Assembly (NCBI GenBank): GCA_039810585.1
Contig: JBDHXF010000001.1
Span: 17,723 to 81,722 of the forward strand
Direction of reading: 5' to 3'
Source of the DNA: Chlorobiota bacterium
GTDB taxonomy: Bacteria; Bacteroidota; Ignavibacteria; Kapaibacteriales; NICIL-2
Length of the DNA: 64,000 bases
The notes under the pieces are model-generated. The model was not told the DNA's origin. It worked only from the letters and a program-made list of their open reading frames with translations, and searched no databases. Both the position numbers and the translations under genes were made by a program. How positions within the stretch are numbered: the stretch's first letter is position 1; each line of letters begins with the position of its first letter. Below, piece by piece: positions 29,317 through 39,590 of this stretch.

Positions 29317-30513
29317 CTACCACACCTCGAAGACCAAGAACTTCAGGTAGTGCGTTTCGGGCATGCTGAGCAAGATAGGATGACAGGGCGACTGCTCACC
29401 GCGATGAATGAGCTTGAGCTGTCGGTTGATGCGCCGCGCCTCGTCGCGAATGACGTCCATCAACATGGTCTCGGAGACGTGATGAGAGCAACTGGCGCTG
29501 ACTAAAAAACCACCGGCAGGAATGAGCTTCAGCGCTTGCCGATTGATTTCCGCGTAGCCGCGCTTTGCCTGCGCTACCTGCGCCTTGGAGCGTGTGAAGG
29601 CCGGCGGGTCGAGAATAACCATGTCCCACTTTTGTCCCTCTGCCGCCTGCTGCTTTAAATAATCAAACACATCCGCCTCCACGAACGAGCACTGTGCAAA
29701 GTTGTTGAGCTCTGCATTGTGCGTGCAGCTACTTACCGCCTGCGCCGAACTATCCACGCCAACGACTTCGCGAGCTGCTCCGTCTGCGGCGTGCAGGGCA
29801 AATCCTCCTTGGTTGGTAAAGCAGTCCAACACCCGCAGATTGCGACTGATACTCCGCACAAAGGCGCGGTTCAGTCGTTGATCCAGAAAGTAGCCCGTCT
29901 TTTGTCCGCTCTCCAACTGCAGATCAAAGCGCAGTCCGTTTTCCTGCATGCTGATGTATTCCGGAATGCTGCCAAACAGAACTTCCGTTTTGCGCTGAAG
30001 TCCCTCCCGCGTACGCAAAGGCGAATCGTTTTTAGCTACCATTCCTTGCACACTGGGCAATACGCTGCGCAGGGCTTCAACCACCAATTCGCGATGACGA
30101 TCCATTCCGGCTGACAGGAATTGCAACGCCAGGTAATCACTGTAGCGGTCGACCACGAGACCGGGCAAGAAATCGGATTCGCCAAACACGAGACGGTATG
30201 CGGTCTCCGGCGCAAACAAACGTTCACGCAAGTGCAAAGCATTGCCGATGCGCTGCACGAAGAACTCGAGATCGAAGCGTTGGGTGTTGAGCAAGCGAAC
30301 AACGATTTGCGACTGCGCATTGTACATACCCAAGCCCAAATCGTAGTCGTAATCGGTTACCACTCGCACAATCGTTCCCGCGTCGAGCGATGGTCGCTCG
30401 GCGAGTTCATCTTGAAAGACCCAGGGATGTCCACCGCGAATCCTCTTGTGCGCCTGTGGCTTTAAACGGAGTTGAGGAAATTCGTTGTGTTGTGTGTTCT
30501 CTTGTTGTGGCAT
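29317..30513 (-). CDS. rlmI: RlmI-like SAM-dependent rRNA methyltransferase
   Basis: PUA-domain 'GHPWVF', 'ESDFLPGLVVDRY', 'GQKTGYFLDQR', 'ILDPPAF', 'YLKF'. Confidence 0.88.
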   Translation of the reverse strand: MPQQENTQHNEFPQLRLKPQAHKRIRGGHPWVFQDELAERPSLDAGTIVRVVTDYDYDLGLGMYNAQSQIVVRLLNTQRFDLEFFVQRIGNALHLRERLFAPETAYRLVFGESDFLPGLVVDRYSDYLALQFLSAGMDRHRELVVEALRSVLPSVQGMVAKNDSPLRTREGLQRKTEVLFGSIPEYISMQENGLRFDLQLESGQKTGYFLDQRLNRAFVRSISRNLRVLDCFTNQGGFALHAADGAAREVVGVDSSAQAVSSCTHNAELNNFAQCSFVEADVFDYLKQQAAEGQKWDMVILDPPAFTRSKAQVAQAKRGYAEINRQALKLIPAGGFLVSASCSHHVSETMLMDVIRDEARRINRQLKLIHRGEQSPCHPILLSMPETHYLKFLVFEVW

Positions 30514-30582
30514 AGTTCGTCGGAGTTCTTGTCGCGTTGTGTTGTTGCTGAATGGTTTTCGTCACCGTGCGTGCTGCTTCGA

Positions 30583-31326
30583 TTAGTCACCCATCACCAT
30601 TTGCTCGGCACGGAAGATGACGCGCTTTTCCAGATGGTAGCTGAAATACTGCACAAAGAAGTGGTGAATTTCCCTTCGCTCCGCCACGCTCAGTGTCACC
30701 GCATCCACTTGCATCACGCTGATCATCGACAGCGTAGCAAGCTTCTCGACACTGCTTCGGGCGATACGAAAACTGTGAGAGCCCGGCATATTGACATGGG
30801 CGAGCACGGCACCGTTGTCGAAACTGAAATACACATCCTTACTTGCACTGTCCTCCACCTCATCGAGCGAGAAGTCGAGCATGAATCCCATAATCTCCGC
30901 TAAATGAATGCAGAAGAAGGCAAAGAAACTGTAGACGTTGTGTTGTGCGTCGTTCAGCACGATGAGCGTGGAACGCAAGAGCTCATACAGACCGGAGTTC
31001 TTTTCTGCAATGGGCTGGGTGAGCATGATGGCTTCGCACACCGACAGGCCAATGGATAAATGATCGTACGAAGCGCCCAAGGTGCGAAGTGAAACTATGG
31101 CGTCGGCAGAACTGAGGGTATGCAGCTCACGACCGGGTTTGTAGTAGTAGCACATGTCCACGATGCCCAAAGGCATGACATTCGCGCCAAACTTACTCTT
31201 GGGTCGTCGTGCGCCTTTCACCATGATACCGGTCTTCCCATGCTCACGAGAAAACACGGTGAGAATAGAACTGGTATCGCTGTACTTGCGGGTGTGAAGC
31301 ACGATGGCCTCGGTGCGACTGATCAT
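30583..31326 (-). CDS. recO: DNA repair protein RecO
   Basis: 'TEAIVL...YSDTSSIL.VFSREHGK..VKGARRPKSKF'. Confidence 0.9.
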   Translation of the reverse strand: MISRTEAIVLHTRKYSDTSSILTVFSREHGKTGIMVKGARRPKSKFGANVMPLGIVDMCYYYKPGRELHTLSSADAIVSLRTLGASYDHLSIGLSVCEAIMLTQPIAEKNSGLYELLRSTLIVLNDAQHNVYSFFAFFCIHLAEIMGFMLDFSLDEVEDSASKDVYFSFDNGAVLAHVNMPGSHSFRIARSSVEKLATLSMISVMQVDAVTLSVAERREIHHFFVQYFSYHLEKRVIFRAEQMVMGD

Positions 31327-32456
31327 GGCAGTCGCTCCAATTCATCCGCCACATCTGCGATGCGTTGCAACTGCGCTTCTCGGTTGAATACCTTCGCAGC
31401 GCGCGCGGCAGCAGCACGATACAGGCCCGGCTGTTGCGCCAGTTGCCGAAGGGCATTGACGATGTGTTCGATCGATGCATCCGCCGGCAGAAGTTCACCG
31501 AAGGGATACTGTTCGATGACGCGACGCATGGCTGGTAAATCCGACACGAGGGCCGGCGTACCTGCCATAGCGTATTCGAAGAGCTTATTTGGCAAGGCTA
31601 GTTTATAGCTGAGCGAGATGGGCTCCACAAAGCACAAGCCCACGTCGGCTGAGGCAGTCCACTGCAACAGTTCTTTGTACGGAATCGATCCTGTGAAATG
31701 CACACGATGCTGCAGACCAAGTTGGTCGCGAAGGTCGTGCATGAATTGCATGTCCGGTCCATCGCCCATCACGCAAAAGTGACATTCCGGCAGATCCTTC
31801 ATACAGCGCATCATGAGGTCAATGCCACGTCCCATCAGCACAGCTCCCTGGTAGGCGATGACGGGAGCGGTAGCCGGAATATGAAAGCGCTGACGAAGTA
31901 AGTCACCACGCGCGACGTCCTGAAAGGGCGGCACGTTCATGATGACACTTGGCTTTTCTCGTCGGCGGAGGTGTTGACGGATATACTCAGCATCCAACTC
32001 ACCGCTGACGATGATGCGATCGACGAAGCGCGCATAGCGTCGCTCCATCGTTGCTACGACGCTCTGCATGATCACCCGGTGATGCAGTTCGCCGAGAGCC
32101 GAGTAGATTTCACGGGAGTCGTAGAGCAGCTTGGCTTTGTGTCGTCGCGACAGCTTAGCTGCCGCGCGCAGCACCCACAAGTCTTCAGCCCAATAACTGC
32201 GTGCCTTCAGATCTCCGTAGCGCTCGTGTACTTCGCGGGTAAAGCGCAGCCATTTTTTGTAGAGACGTCCCTCGCTCTGACAAGGCACCGTGTAGAGATC
32301 GATGCCGTCAAACTGAGCCCCTTGCGACCAATCGGGAGTGATGGCGCACACACGACGTCCCGTTGCCGCCAATGCCTGAGCAATATTCAGACTCCGCGCA
32401 TCAGTTCGCAAGTCCGAAAGGGCGAGAACACAAATGTCGTACGATTGGGATGGCAC
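31323..32456 (-). CDS. GT4 family glycosyltransferase
   Basis: 'YDSREIY', 'LPNKLFEYAMAGTPALVSD'. Start moved to GTG 32456, downstream of the TATTTTTG box at 32489-32496. Confidence 0.85.
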   Translation of the reverse strand: MPSQSYDICVLALSDLRTDARSLNIAQALAATGRRVCAITPDWSQGAQFDGIDLYTVPCQSEGRLYKKWLRFTREVHERYGDLKARSYWAEDLWVLRAAAKLSRRHKAKLLYDSREIYSALGELHHRVIMQSVVATMERRYARFVDRIIVSGELDAEYIRQHLRRREKPSVIMNVPPFQDVARGDLLRQRFHIPATAPVIAYQGAVLMGRGIDLMMRCMKDLPECHFCVMGDGPDMQFMHDLRDQLGLQHRVHFTGSIPYKELLQWTASADVGLCFVEPISLSYKLALPNKLFEYAMAGTPALVSDLPAMRRVIEQYPFGELLPADASIEHIVNALRQLAQQPGLYRAAAARAAKVFNREAQLQRIADVADELERLP

Positions 32457-32499
32457 AGCGTGGAATGAGCAGAACGAAGGTTTCGCATCAAAAATACGG

Positions 32500-32528
32500 T
32501 CTTTGTTATTCTTAGGTGCCTTCGGCAC
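32500..32528 (+). repeat. Degenerate REP-like copy
   Basis: tctttgTTATTC-ttag-GTGCC-ttc-GGCAC. Confidence 0.5.
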
Positions 32529-32561
32529 TCTCGTCGTTTCAATTCAACGTCCGCGCTCGCT

Positions 32562-34193
32562 TCAATCCCTCAGCCCAAGCTCAGTCAGTTGAAAACGTCG
32601 TCCGTCAAACAATCCCAAATCGCTGAGTTTGAGTTCGGGAATAACCAGCAAGGCCATGAAGGACAAGCTCATGAAGGGCGAGCGCAGCGTCGAGCCCAGA
32701 GATCGCGCCTTCGCGTCAAGCGCCCCGTAGCGTTGAGCCACCTCCACACCCGGTTCATCGCTCATGAGTCCCGCAATGGGTAGTGGCAACACGTCCACGC
32801 TGTCACCCTGTACCACACACACTCCTCCTTTGGCTTCGATCACGGCGTTGATTGCACGCGCAAGCTCCTCGTCGCTGCAGCCCACAGCCACGACGTTATG
32901 GGAGTCGTGCGCAACAGAGGAGGCCATAGCACCGGATTTCAAACCCATGTTGCGGATAAAAGCCACCGCCGGCGCAGCATCTATGTAGCGATTGACGACC
33001 GCTATTTTCAGCAGATCGCGCTCGGTATCAGCCTCGTAAAACCCATCAACGATGCGCGCCTGGTGGATGGATTCGGTGGTGACGAGTTGTCCGTCGTGCA
33101 CGTCGATCACCCGAATGTGCGGATGCGACGCCGTCAGGCGGAGCGAATAAGAATCAATCTGCTGCGCATGGAAGGCATTTGGTGTGGCTGAACGATGATA
33201 GTCCAGTGTACTCCGGCCGTTGCGGGCAACGGAGCGCCCATTCACGACGCATTCGAGAACACGGAAATCCTCCCACGACTGTACCACGATGAAGTCAGCT
33301 GCATCGCCCTGCTGTAGCAGTCCGACGGGTAGCGCGTAGTGTCGTACCGGATTCACACAAGCTGCCTGCAGCACATCCATGGCATCATAGCCCAGTGCCA
33401 AGGCGCGACGCACGATACCGTCAATGTGACTCTGCACTAAGGAATCCGGATGTCGGTCGTCGCTGCACAGCATCACCTGATTCGTATGCGAGGCAATCAA
33501 TGAATGCAAGGCATCGAAATTGCGCGCCGCTGAGCCTTCGCGGATGATGATTTTCATTCCCCACTGCAGTTTATCCAGCGCCTCATCCAGCGTAAAACAC
33601 TCGTGATCGGTGCTGATGCTGGCTTCGCAATAGCGTCGCGCATCATCGCCTCTCAAACCCGGTGCATGTCCGTCGATGGGCTTGTGATGCTTCTTGGCAA
33701 CGGCAATCTTTTGCATCATATCCGGATCGCCATGCAGTACGCCCGGGAAGTTCATGACCTCACTTAAATACCCCACTCGTGGGTGGGCGAGGAGTTGATC
33801 AACAAAATCAGGACTAATCGTAGCGCCGGCAGTTTCCATGTGTGTTGCGGGAACACAACTGGGAGCGCCGAAGCAGATTTTCAGCGGAGTCAGCTCTGCA
33901 TTATCGAGCATGAAACGAAGTCCCTCCATGCCCAGCACATTAGCAATCTCATGCGGATCGCTGACGGTGGCGACGGTGCCGTGGGCAAGAGCCAGACGAC
34001 CAAACTCCGCCGGCGGTAGCATGGACGACTCAATATGAATATGCGCGTCGATGAGACCGGGAAGAATGAGCTGCGAACTTTCCGTCGGCTCCTCAACAAT
34101 GCGGGTGATACGTCCCGCCTCCCACTCAACTGTACCGGGAAAGCTGCGCCTGTTAAGCACGTCGATGATGATTCCGGAACGAGAGTCTGACAT
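32562..34193 (-). CDS. ade: Adenine deaminase
   Basis: 'PGLIDAHIHIESS', 'DPHEIANV', 'DGHAPG', 'TDHEC', 'REGSAA', 'AHDSHN', 'LLVIPELK'. Confidence 0.95.
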   Translation of the reverse strand: MSDSRSGIIIDVLNRRSFPGTVEWEAGRITRIVEEPTESSQLILPGLIDAHIHIESSMLPPAEFGRLALAHGTVATVSDPHEIANVLGMEGLRFMLDNAELTPLKICFGAPSCVPATHMETAGATISPDFVDQLLAHPRVGYLSEVMNFPGVLHGDPDMMQKIAVAKKHHKPIDGHAPGLRGDDARRYCEASISTDHECFTLDEALDKLQWGMKIIIREGSAARNFDALHSLIASHTNQVMLCSDDRHPDSLVQSHIDGIVRRALALGYDAMDVLQAACVNPVRHYALPVGLLQQGDAADFIVVQSWEDFRVLECVVNGRSVARNGRSTLDYHRSATPNAFHAQQIDSYSLRLTASHPHIRVIDVHDGQLVTTESIHQARIVDGFYEADTERDLLKIAVVNRYIDAAPAVAFIRNMGLKSGAMASSVAHDSHNVVAVGCSDEELARAINAVIEAKGGVCVVQGDSVDVLPLPIAGLMSDEPGVEVAQRYGALDAKARSLGSTLRSPFMSLSFMALLVIPELKLSDLGLFDGRRFQLTELGLRD

Positions 34194-34324
34194 GAGCGTT
34201 TCCTTTGGTTTGGTGAATGGAAATGGGTGGCGATACTGAAAAAAAATACGGTCTTAAACCGTTCCGGAGAAGCAATGGGTATTGTCAGTCGTTAGGCTAT
34301 GCGCTCGCTGGAGCCTCATTTCCT

Positions 34325-35533
34325 TCACGTCGTCGCACGTTGGTTGACAGGTACACCATCATCTCGGATTGGCAGAAACTCGTTCACGTCAAGGGCATGC
34401 ATAATGCCTCGCAAGAGTGCACTTTGGTGTAGTCCCAAAGTGTAGGAGCGCCGTCCCTGTGCGATGGGAATGAGGAGTTTGCGTTCGCGTAATCGACGAA
34501 TTTGCCGCGACACTTCTGCTGAATTTTTTCCTTTGAAGATGTCTTGCAGATCGGATGCACTCATTGCCTGCACATGCGCTGTTTTCACAAGAATTTTAGC
34601 TTCTGTTTCGCTGATCAACGATAATGCTCGTACGTGAGCAATGGCTGGAACGAGGATCTTATCGCGGAAAAAAGCGAAATCCAACAGCTTGTCGATCTTT
34701 TCGATCTCAATGTTGAGACCTCCAAGAACGTAGCGACACCAGCGCAAGAGTCCGTCATCAGATCCGGCGTCTGCTATGCTAAGCATTTCGTAGTACTTGT
34801 CACGATCGGTACAAAACACAGCCGTTGGGTTGAGGATTCGTCCGCCAATGTCGACCGAGAACCCGTGCTTCACAAGCATCGCATACGTAAGCAATCGCAC
34901 CGTTCTTCCGTTCCCATTGGAGAAGGGATGAATCCAGGCAAAGCGATGATGGGCGATTGCAATCTTGAGCAGATCGTATTTGGGCTCGTGGCCGGTATTG
35001 ATAAAATGAAACAATTCATCCATGAGCGCAGATACCTGTGTTGCATCCGGTGGATTATGGTCAGCATTGCTGATGCGCACAGGAACGGTGCGATAGACAC
35101 CGGGAGTGCGGTCACCTTCCGATGTTGTTGTATTGGTTGGCAGAGTCTTGACCACGAGTCGATGCAGCTCGCTCACAAACATTCTGCTGATCGGATGGTC
35201 TTTCACGTTGCGATCAATGAACTCCAGTGCATCGCTCATGTTGAGAATTTCACGAATATTCGCAGGAATTTCTACACCTTCATCGTTCTCCAGCCTCGAC
35301 TCAATGAACTCCGCAATCGTGGTTCTGTTTCCCTCAATACGCGCGGACCCTATACTCTCCAGATAGTGAAACAACTCCTTGACCTGAAAAAACAAAGAAG
35401 GATGAGTGGATCCCGACAACTGACGGTGCCGCAGATTGTTCAGATTGATGATCAGATCGGTAAGCTCATCGCGAAAGGTCGGTTCGACCAGACGCAGCGG
35501 GAACATGACCGGATGTTGTTGCACATTTGCCAT
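34325..35533 (-). CDS. Fic family protein with N-terminal autoinhibitory motif and C-terminal wHTH-like region
   Basis: 'HPFSNGNGRTVR', 'SARIEGN', C-terminal 'SAEVSRQIRRLRERKLLIP'. TACTTTTG box at 35564-35571 (-). Confidence 0.92.
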   Translation of the reverse strand: MANVQQHPVMFPLRLVEPTFRDELTDLIINLNNLRHRQLSGSTHPSLFFQVKELFHYLESIGSARIEGNRTTIAEFIESRLENDEGVEIPANIREILNMSDALEFIDRNVKDHPISRMFVSELHRLVVKTLPTNTTTSEGDRTPGVYRTVPVRISNADHNPPDATQVSALMDELFHFINTGHEPKYDLLKIAIAHHRFAWIHPFSNGNGRTVRLLTYAMLVKHGFSVDIGGRILNPTAVFCTDRDKYYEMLSIADAGSDDGLLRWCRYVLGGLNIEIEKIDKLLDFAFFRDKILVPAIAHVRALSLISETEAKILVKTAHVQAMSASDLQDIFKGKNSAEVSRQIRRLRERKLLIPIAQGRRSYTLGLHQSALLRGIMHALDVNEFLPIRDDGVPVNQRATT

Positions 35534-35544
35534 GGACGATTGGA

Positions 35545-35950
35545 GACAATTAACATCTGACGTCAAAAGTACTAAATATTACAGCAACTTAGCACTATAC
35601 CATAGAAATCAACATCTAACATTTCACGATTTCAGGATCTAACACCTGCACGCCAATTGAGATCCATGAGCTGTAGTCAGGCGGGTACATCCGTCTCAAT
35701 CGATTGGGTATCATCGTGTACTCGTGCTCCGGCTGCATTGAGCTTCGGTTTTTTCGTGTTACAACGCATTTCATAAGCCTCGAATGTATGCAAGGCTGTC
35801 ATGCAAAATACCTTCAACTACTAAACGAACATTTGCAAACGAACTTCTCTAACAATTAACAAGCAGTCTCGTAACCTATTTGTTTTATTGCTTGTTGCAT
35901 AATCTCATTAATGTACAACATCTAACAATTCGAACTTTCAACAATTAACA
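35545..35950. repeat. Five copies of an 11-bp motif (R)ACAWYTAACA
   Basis: GACAATTAACA 35545, AACATCTAACA 35611, AACAATTAACA 35851, AACATCTAACA 35917, AACAATTAACA 35940. Partial ATCTAACA near 35637. Confidence 0.75.
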
Positions 35951-36205
35951 TCGAGCTGCAATCTTCAATTGCTAAGGAAGAGATTACTCTGTAATCTGAC
36001 CACGCTGACAAGGATAGCCTATGAAGATTGGTGGATATCTATATGAAGATCATGTTTGTCGGACGACGAACTCTCGCCAGTGTAGGCAAGTGTGCGATAG
36101 AAATTTGAGTCATTACATATCAAGCAGATCAGATGCCGGCAGGAAATCGCGAGAGAGTTGATTCCAATTCCCTTAGCGAATAGGGCTTAAATGGATACAC
36201 ACGAG

Positions 36206-36706
36206 CTATCTCGGAAGTACCAATACTGTGTCAACTACTCTGAGTTCTTTCGAATCTCCGGGAACCTCATGGCACTCAAACTTCGATTTGTCATTATACA
36301 CATGAGTCCACAGTGTTTTCTGAATTGAATAGGTTCCGGGGCGGATATTAAATACCATCGATATTCTTGTCAACTTATTTATCCCTCGGGCTCGATCCGA
36401 TATTTCTTGTGAAGTGTACGATAAACCTAATGCTGTAGAAAACAGGCTGTCCGGACCAAAGTAGCCCACAGAATCGCCGACGAACTGCATCCATACTTGA
36501 CTTGACCCAATGCTATCCATCGACCTGCATTCGATTCGTAGTTGATCGCAACTGCTGGAATCCACGAAGTGAAGGGTATCCCCTTGGTAGACTTTTGCCT
36601 TATCGATCGTACAAAGAGATATGGGATCCGGAGCTGTTGCACCCGAACAGCAGAGAACCATGAGCGATAGAACGAATGCAATTTTCTCGACACTGTGTTT
36701 CTTCAC
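36206..36706 (-). CDS. Hypothetical exported protein or lipoprotein
   Basis: Basic N-terminus, hydrophobic stretch 'FVLSLMVLCCS', no recognised domain. Confidence 0.6.
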   Translation of the reverse strand: MKKHSVEKIAFVLSLMVLCCSGATAPDPISLCTIDKAKVYQGDTLHFVDSSSCDQLRIECRSMDSIGSSQVWMQFVGDSVGYFGPDSLFSTALGLSYTSQEISDRARGINKLTRISMVFNIRPGTYSIQKTLWTHVYNDKSKFECHEVPGDSKELRVVDTVLVLPR

Positions 36707-37092
36707 TGTGCTACGTCTATAAGTACACACTTGTATTTTGACTCAATCTTCTGAGTATGACTTCAGCGTTGAGCGACGGCGTTGTTGAAACCGATACTTT
36801 GATTACCTCGCGAGCGCTTTATTTCTCCCAAACGACATCATGACTCTAAAGTAGATTAATTCAGCGAAATCTGATGTATCGTCCAATCTTTTCTCACTGA
36901 ACCAGAGGTTCCTTGGGAACCCTTAGAATTCGCGCACATGACTTTCAATAACGCCCCAACGCGTTGGTGACTCCTTCAATTAATTCACATCATTAAAAGT
37001 CCGACAGAGAGGCGCTCGCAGAAACGACGAATCGGTATTTGTAAGCCGAGTGCTTGAAAATCTGTGAATTGATGAAAACGCAAACATGTGGC

Positions 37093-38622
37093 TCAATGAA
37101 CAACGACTATTTGTTTTTCGTCTACTTTCTTTCCAGAAACAGTTGTCAAGTAATAACATCCACTCTCTAAATCGCAATCTGGTATAGAAAAAGTAGTAGA
37201 CTGCAATGCGGCGTAGTTGCGTATTAAGTCGCCGCAACATGAATACAATTGCACTTGGTTTAACATCTCATCACAAGAGAGCTCAATTATACCACCTGTG
37301 TACCGCAATTTGACACCGGAATCAATTTCACGATGGATGGTCACATCGTCAGCAATTGGTGCCTCACTATATGAAACGGCGAACATTTTTTCCCAACTGC
37401 TGTTTTTATCGGAATCATACTGACAGCCACCTAAAGCAACGTACTCATGTGGACTAACCTCAACTACATTGTTATACGTATCCATCAGCGACGTAAATCC
37501 CTTTAGCTGACTCCATTCCATAATGCCGCTATGATCAGTTTTAATAATAACGCAATCCATCGCACTATCAAAGCGGACGTCATGACTATTTACGTCTTTG
37601 TGAGACGCATAGCCGTAAAGCACGAATCCGCCGTCAGATACTTGTCTCAGTCCATTGATGTGACAATAGTAGTCACTTAATAAATCTCGCGCCCATAATT
37701 CTTGACCGGATAAATCAACATAAGCAATGTGTAGTTGAGAGGCACTGTTTTTGACTTCATTCCAGACAATAACGTATCCGCTGTCTGTAACCCAAATACG
37801 CGGCGTGTTGCCATATTTTGCAGGTAAGGTATACTTTGATATTTGAGTATTATTGGCATCCAGTCCGATAGCACTCCACTCCAACGTATTAAGAGTATCC
37901 TTATCTTCACACGATATGATGACATATTTTTTAAATGCGGTTACGAATTGCACTTTCTTACTTACGACATCAGATTTGGTTCCGTACAATATTGTTTCAC
38001 TTAAAACAGAGTCGTTATGAAGGTCAATTCTCTTTACAAACAGTGTATCATCGATTGAATTGATGCACAGAAGCTTATCTGGTCCATCTTGCATACAAGA
38101 AAATGTCTGAAAATAAGTTCGATCGCCACTTGCAATATGATTCGAGACCGTCTGTACTCCGTTCGTATCGTCCCAAAGCAAATGAGTTAATACAAAGGGG
38201 CCGTAAACAATAACATTAGAAACGCCTTTTGACCCATAAATCTGGATACTATCGTCCACATAACGTACGGTTGCTGTAAAAAATGCCGTGTCCTTTAATC
38301 CGCGTGACGACAATTGTATATATGAATTCAATGTAGCCATTGTATCCACTTTCGCATACACACTGCCGTTTCCAGTTGTTCCAACTATCAGCCACTTGTT
38401 ATTACTTGATCTCACTAGGTCTGTTGCTGCAACATTCCATGTGTCATTCGTTTCGTCCAATATTATGCTTGACCACTTCTCTTGCACAGAATAGCCGTTT
38501 CCGAAAATTGCTTGAGAGACTGCGTTGTTATTGTAAAGCGCACGCTTGTTTGTCTCTTTTGCGTCGCAGCGAAGAACAAAAACGGCGACAATGAAGATTA
38601 CCAGCAATGTATTGTAATTCAT
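37093..38622 (-). CDS. Secreted beta-propeller-like protein with T9SS CTD-like tail
   Basis: Signal peptide from MNYNTLL, 'DLSGQELW', 'SDGGFVLYG', 'IIKTDHSGIMEWS', tail 'LESGCYYL...KQIVVVH'. Confidence 0.7.
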   Translation of the reverse strand: MNYNTLLVIFIVAVFVLRCDAKETNKRALYNNNAVSQAIFGNGYSVQEKWSSIILDETNDTWNVAATDLVRSSNNKWLIVGTTGNGSVYAKVDTMATLNSYIQLSSRGLKDTAFFTATVRYVDDSIQIYGSKGVSNVIVYGPFVLTHLLWDDTNGVQTVSNHIASGDRTYFQTFSCMQDGPDKLLCINSIDDTLFVKRIDLHNDSVLSETILYGTKSDVVSKKVQFVTAFKKYVIISCEDKDTLNTLEWSAIGLDANNTQISKYTLPAKYGNTPRIWVTDSGYVIVWNEVKNSASQLHIAYVDLSGQELWARDLLSDYYCHINGLRQVSDGGFVLYGYASHKDVNSHDVRFDSAMDCVIIKTDHSGIMEWSQLKGFTSLMDTYNNVVEVSPHEYVALGGCQYDSDKNSSWEKMFAVSYSEAPIADDVTIHREIDSGVKLRYTGGIIELSCDEMLNQVQLYSCCGDLIRNYAALQSTTFSIPDCDLESGCYYLTTVSGKKVDEKQIVVVH

Positions 38623-39299
38623 GAGAGAAGTAAAAAAGATGCACCGCTGCGGTTTGATAACAAAGTTGCAACGAATTATGAGATTACGCTTAGTGATGAA
38701 GGAATAGCTCTGCTCTAGTAACCAGCTACACAACTGGAGCTTGGAACTAACGGCTGTGCGTTGTACGAACGGTTGCAATGTAGTGATAAAGCCGTGTACA
38801 TAAAGCACATGCCCGGAATTGGGATATCTATTCCAGCACAAGCATTATTCATCAGCACTAGTCTTAATCAAGATCCGAGCAATTTATTGGAGGATATCTC
38901 AAATCCGTTAGGATTGTTTGCAATTGCAGCGCCGCCCTCGTGCGTGTTGAGACATTTCACATTTTCCGAAAGTGTTGTGCGCACGGAGATTGCGTTTTGA
39001 ACCTGTCGTTCATTGGGACGCTTTCTCGCACCATTCTCATGGCCAACTCAAGCAAGTCGTTGTGCACGCGGTCCGAGAAAGCACGAAGCACATCCGTTAG
39101 TCCGGTTTGAGGTTGCGTCAACTTAAAAAGTCAAGAATTCTTAGAAAATCTCACATTTTCAGTCTCGCGCTCGAATCCTTGAGCTTTTCTCCCTCTAAAC
39201 ATTCAGTCATCCAGCGCTCCCTCCACCCATCCATCAGCTCCCCACCTTTCGTAATTTTGTAGTGTACAATCCAATTGAGTTGAACACGAGTATCACATT

Positions 39300-39590
39300 A
39301 TGCAAGCCGTAGATTTTTCGATAGTTGTCAACATGTTTGCTATGGAGGGAATGGTTGCCTTAGGTAAGCTGAAGCATCCGGGCACCGGAGAGATGGAACA
39401 GAACATGGAGCAAGCCAAGTTTATCATTGATTTGCTGGGTGTATTGCAGCACAAGACCAAGGGCAATCTGGACGATGCGGAGAGCAGTTTGCTGGAGCAG
39501 ACCTTGTCTGCGCTGCGACTGAACTACGTGCACGACAGCAACACAAACGATGTGCGTGTGCAGAGTCCTTCAAGTGATGGGATGGCATAA
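39300..39590 (+). CDS. DUF1844 domain protein
   Basis: 'AKFIIDLLGVLQHKTKGNL...LRLNYV'. TAATTTTG box at 39252-39259. Confidence 0.85.
   Translation: MQAVDFSIVVNMFAMEGMVALGKLKHPGTGEMEQNMEQAKFIIDLLGVLQHKTKGNLDDAESSLLEQTLSALRLNYVHDSNTNDVRVQSPSSDGMA

Noticed and set aside
34250-34297. Possible integron attC site downstream of Fic (GCCTAAC on the minus strand)
   Set aside because: No matching GTTRRRY with paired L boxes, no second site and no integrase.
34634-35560. 308-aa plus-strand ORF
   Set aside because: Lies wholly antisense to the well-supported Fic gene and has no recognisable motif, so it is treated as a shadow ORF.
39205-39246. C-rich tract as a possible G-quadruplex on the minus strand
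   Set aside because: The G-runs are too few and irregular to support it.
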